Positions 62,358-64,000 of a DNA stretch of 64,000 bases are shown in pieces. The notes under the pieces are model-generated. The model was not told the DNA's origin and did no database searches. It worked only from the letters and a program-made list of their open reading frames with translations. Location of the stretch: positions 3,481 through 67,480 of the forward strand of contig JBGSQW010000017.1 in assembly GCA_041737885.1 (NCBI GenBank), read 5' to 3'. The stretch's first letter is position 1; each line of letters starts with the position of its first letter. The translations under genes were made by a program, and so were the position numbers. The DNA is from Pyrinomonadaceae bacterium (lineage in GTDB: Bacteria > Acidobacteriota > Blastocatellia > Pyrinomonadales > Pyrinomonadaceae).

Positions 62358-64000
62358 CTACCGGATCAACGTGATCTCGCTAACGCCGTCCGGGACTTCG
62401 GCCCGAAGACGCTTGGTCGCGGCCTCGTAAGTAAATTTGATCTCGCGACCATCCGCCAGCATTTGCTTCGGCGGAGCCGCGATTCCGACAGCCTCGACGA
62501 ACTTCAACGCCTGCCCCGGAAATTGTCCATCGCGTCGTATCTTTATCGAACCTTGTCGATGCTCGAAACCGATCGTTCGCCAATCGCCTTTTTGATACGC
62601 ATAACCTTCGCCCGCGTCCTGATATAGCGAAAACGTCTCTGTCTTGCCTGCTTGAATACCCGCCGCAACATTTAACGTGAGCGGAGCCAGCGGCATTTCG
62701 CCGGTGTGCTGGATAACACTCTGCGTCGGTATCATCGCACCCACGCGAACAAATATCGGCAGCCGGTCGAGCGGCGTTTGCAGGTAATGCAACTGGCCGC
62801 TCGGCAGCTTTTCACCTGTCCACCAGTCGATCCATTCAGCACCAAGCGGCAGATAAATGCCACGCGTCCGCATTCCCTCTTTCACGACCGGAGCGACCAG
62901 AACGTCTTTGCCAACCATGTATTGATCCGACACCAGATATGTCTTTTTATCCGCCGGGAATTCATACCACAACGGCCGCATTATCGGGGCTCCCGTGTTC
63001 TCGTGCTCCTTAAAAAGCGTGTACAGATACGGCAGAAATTTGTATCGCAGTTCCACAGTCGCTCGGTTTATCGCCGTTATCTCGTCGCCAAATTCCCACG
63101 GCTCCTTATTCCCCGCCCACCCGACCGAATGCGAACGGAAAAACGGTGTCAACGCCGCCGCCTGCATCCAACGAGCGAACAATTCCCCGCTCGGCCGCTC
63201 GTTAAATCCGCCCACATCGCCGCCCACAAACGGCACGCCCGAAACGCTCAGATTCGTAAGCATCGGTATCGACATGGCCAGATGGTCCCAACTCGCGTAG
63301 TTATCACCCGTCCAAACCGCCGAAAACCGCTGAATGCCCGCGAAACCCGCACGTGTTAGAACAAACGGGCGTTTCTCAGGAGCGAGTTTCTTCACGCCCT
63401 CGAACGAAGACCGAGCCATCTGCATTCCGTAAACGTTGTGGTAGCGGCGATGCGTGTCCGGCATTCCGTCGCCTTTGTGAGGCGTGTCGTACGGGAATGT
63501 TTTTTCAGGATGATGAAAAATTTCCGGCCGCTCGGTCTTATCGGTAACGAAAACACCCGGCTCGTTCATGTCGTTCCAAAATCCGGCGATGCCTTCGTCG
63601 ATGTGTGCTTTGTACTGTGCCCCGAACCAGTCGCGTGCTTTTGGGTCAGTAAAATCCGGGAAAGCACTTGCCTTGGGCCATACGTCGCGATTCAGCTCGG
63701 TTCCGTCAGGATTTTTGACGAAAATATCGTTCTTCTTACCATCGGCGTACACAGCATATTTATCGTCAACCTTAATGCCTGGATCGATGATGAGGACGGT
63801 GCGAATCCCATCTTTTTTTAGATCCGAAACCAGCTTTGGCGGGTCCGGAAATCGCTTTTTATCCCAGGTAAATACGCGATATTCATCCATGTAATCGATG
63901 TCGAGATAGATCACATCGAGCGGAATTTTACGGCTGCGAAATCCATCCGCGATCTCGCGAACGCGGGATTCAGGAAAGTAAGACCATCGCGACTGCTGAT
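62358..64000 (-). CDS. glycoside hydrolase family 31 (alpha-glucosidase/alpha-xylosidase-like), N-terminus beyond the window edge
   Basis: The frame stays open upstream of the listed start (..SRWSYFPESRVREIADGFRSRKIPLDVIYLDIDYMD). Catalytic region GFWNDMNEP. Confidence 0.8.
   Translation of the reverse strand, partial: QQSRWSYFPESRVREIADGFRSRKIPLDVIYLDIDYMDEYRVFTWDKKRFPDPPKLVSDLKKDGIRTVLIIDPGIKVDDKYAVYADGKKNDIFVKNPDGTELNRDVWPKASAFPDFTDPKARDWFGAQYKAHIDEGIAGFWNDMNEPGVFVTDKTERPEIFHHPEKTFPYDTPHKGDGMPDTHRRYHNVYGMQMARSSFEGVKKLAPEKRPFVLTRAGFAGIQRFSAVWTGDNYASWDHLAMSIPMLTNLSVSGVPFVGGDVGGFNERPSGELFARWMQAAALTPFFRSHSVGWAGNKEPWEFGDEITAINRATVELRYKFLPYLYTLFKEHENTGAPIMRPLWYEFPADKKTYLVSDQYMVGKDVLVAPVVKEGMRTRGIYLPLGAEWIDWWTGEKLPSGQLHYLQTPLDRLPIFVRVGAMIPTQSVIQHTGEMPLAPLTLNVAAGIQAGKTETFSLYQDAGEGYAYQKGDWRTIGFEHRQGSIKIRRDGQFPGQALKFVEAVGIAAPPKQMLADGREIKFTYEAATKRLRAEVPDGVSEITLIR

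Noticed and set aside
1-64000. tRNA, rRNA, tmRNA, RNase P, transposase or integrase genes
   Set aside because: I did not spot T-loop (GGTTCGAATCC-like) cloverleaf candidates, rRNA signatures, or IS or recombinase protein motifs while reading. A tRNAscan-SE/Infernal run would be needed to exclude small RNAs.

Overview
This 64 kb chromosomal window is gene-dense and looks like Acidobacteriota. That assignment is inferred from three very large TonB-dependent receptors with N-terminal carboxypeptidase-regulatory-like domains, bacillithiol BshA, and several ECF sigma factors. GC is roughly 50-55% by eye. I support about 55 CDS. They include housekeeping genes (acpS, pgeF, rlmN, dapF, queG, moaA, bshA, ppk2), two PQQ-type sugar dehydrogenases, a GGDEF cyclase, two sigma modules, three secreted nucleases, and a LacI-linked glycan-uptake locus (2 TBDRs, sulfatase, EEP, a GH3 fusion, a CUT2 ABC importer and GH31). 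I saw no rRNA, tRNA, CRISPR array, transposase, integrase or recognisable defence or toxin gene, so I cannot name a new multi-gene protein system. The unexplained signal is mostly non-coding. (1) A family of intergenic palindromes is built from heptads phased at 9-10 bp, with compensatory changes between copies. (2) Two sigma70-like promoters are each followed by 290-380 nt of ORF-poor DNA carrying tandem and inverted GTGGGAC or GGAAC arrays. One lies upstream of an orphan RHH gene and the other upstream of a secreted-nuclease operon. (3) An 18-bp palindrome, AATTGG-NN-TG-N-CCAATTT, lies 217-264 nt upstream of all three TBDR genes. (4) Paired promoter plus LacI-type operator modules precede the tandem TBDRs. 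Smaller oddities are a frameshifted CusF-like gene, acpS wedged between two opposite-strand genes with no spacer, a hairpin that buries a Shine-Dalgarno, and a GH3 fusion to a possible GH144-like domain. All family assignments come from motif recall, not searches.
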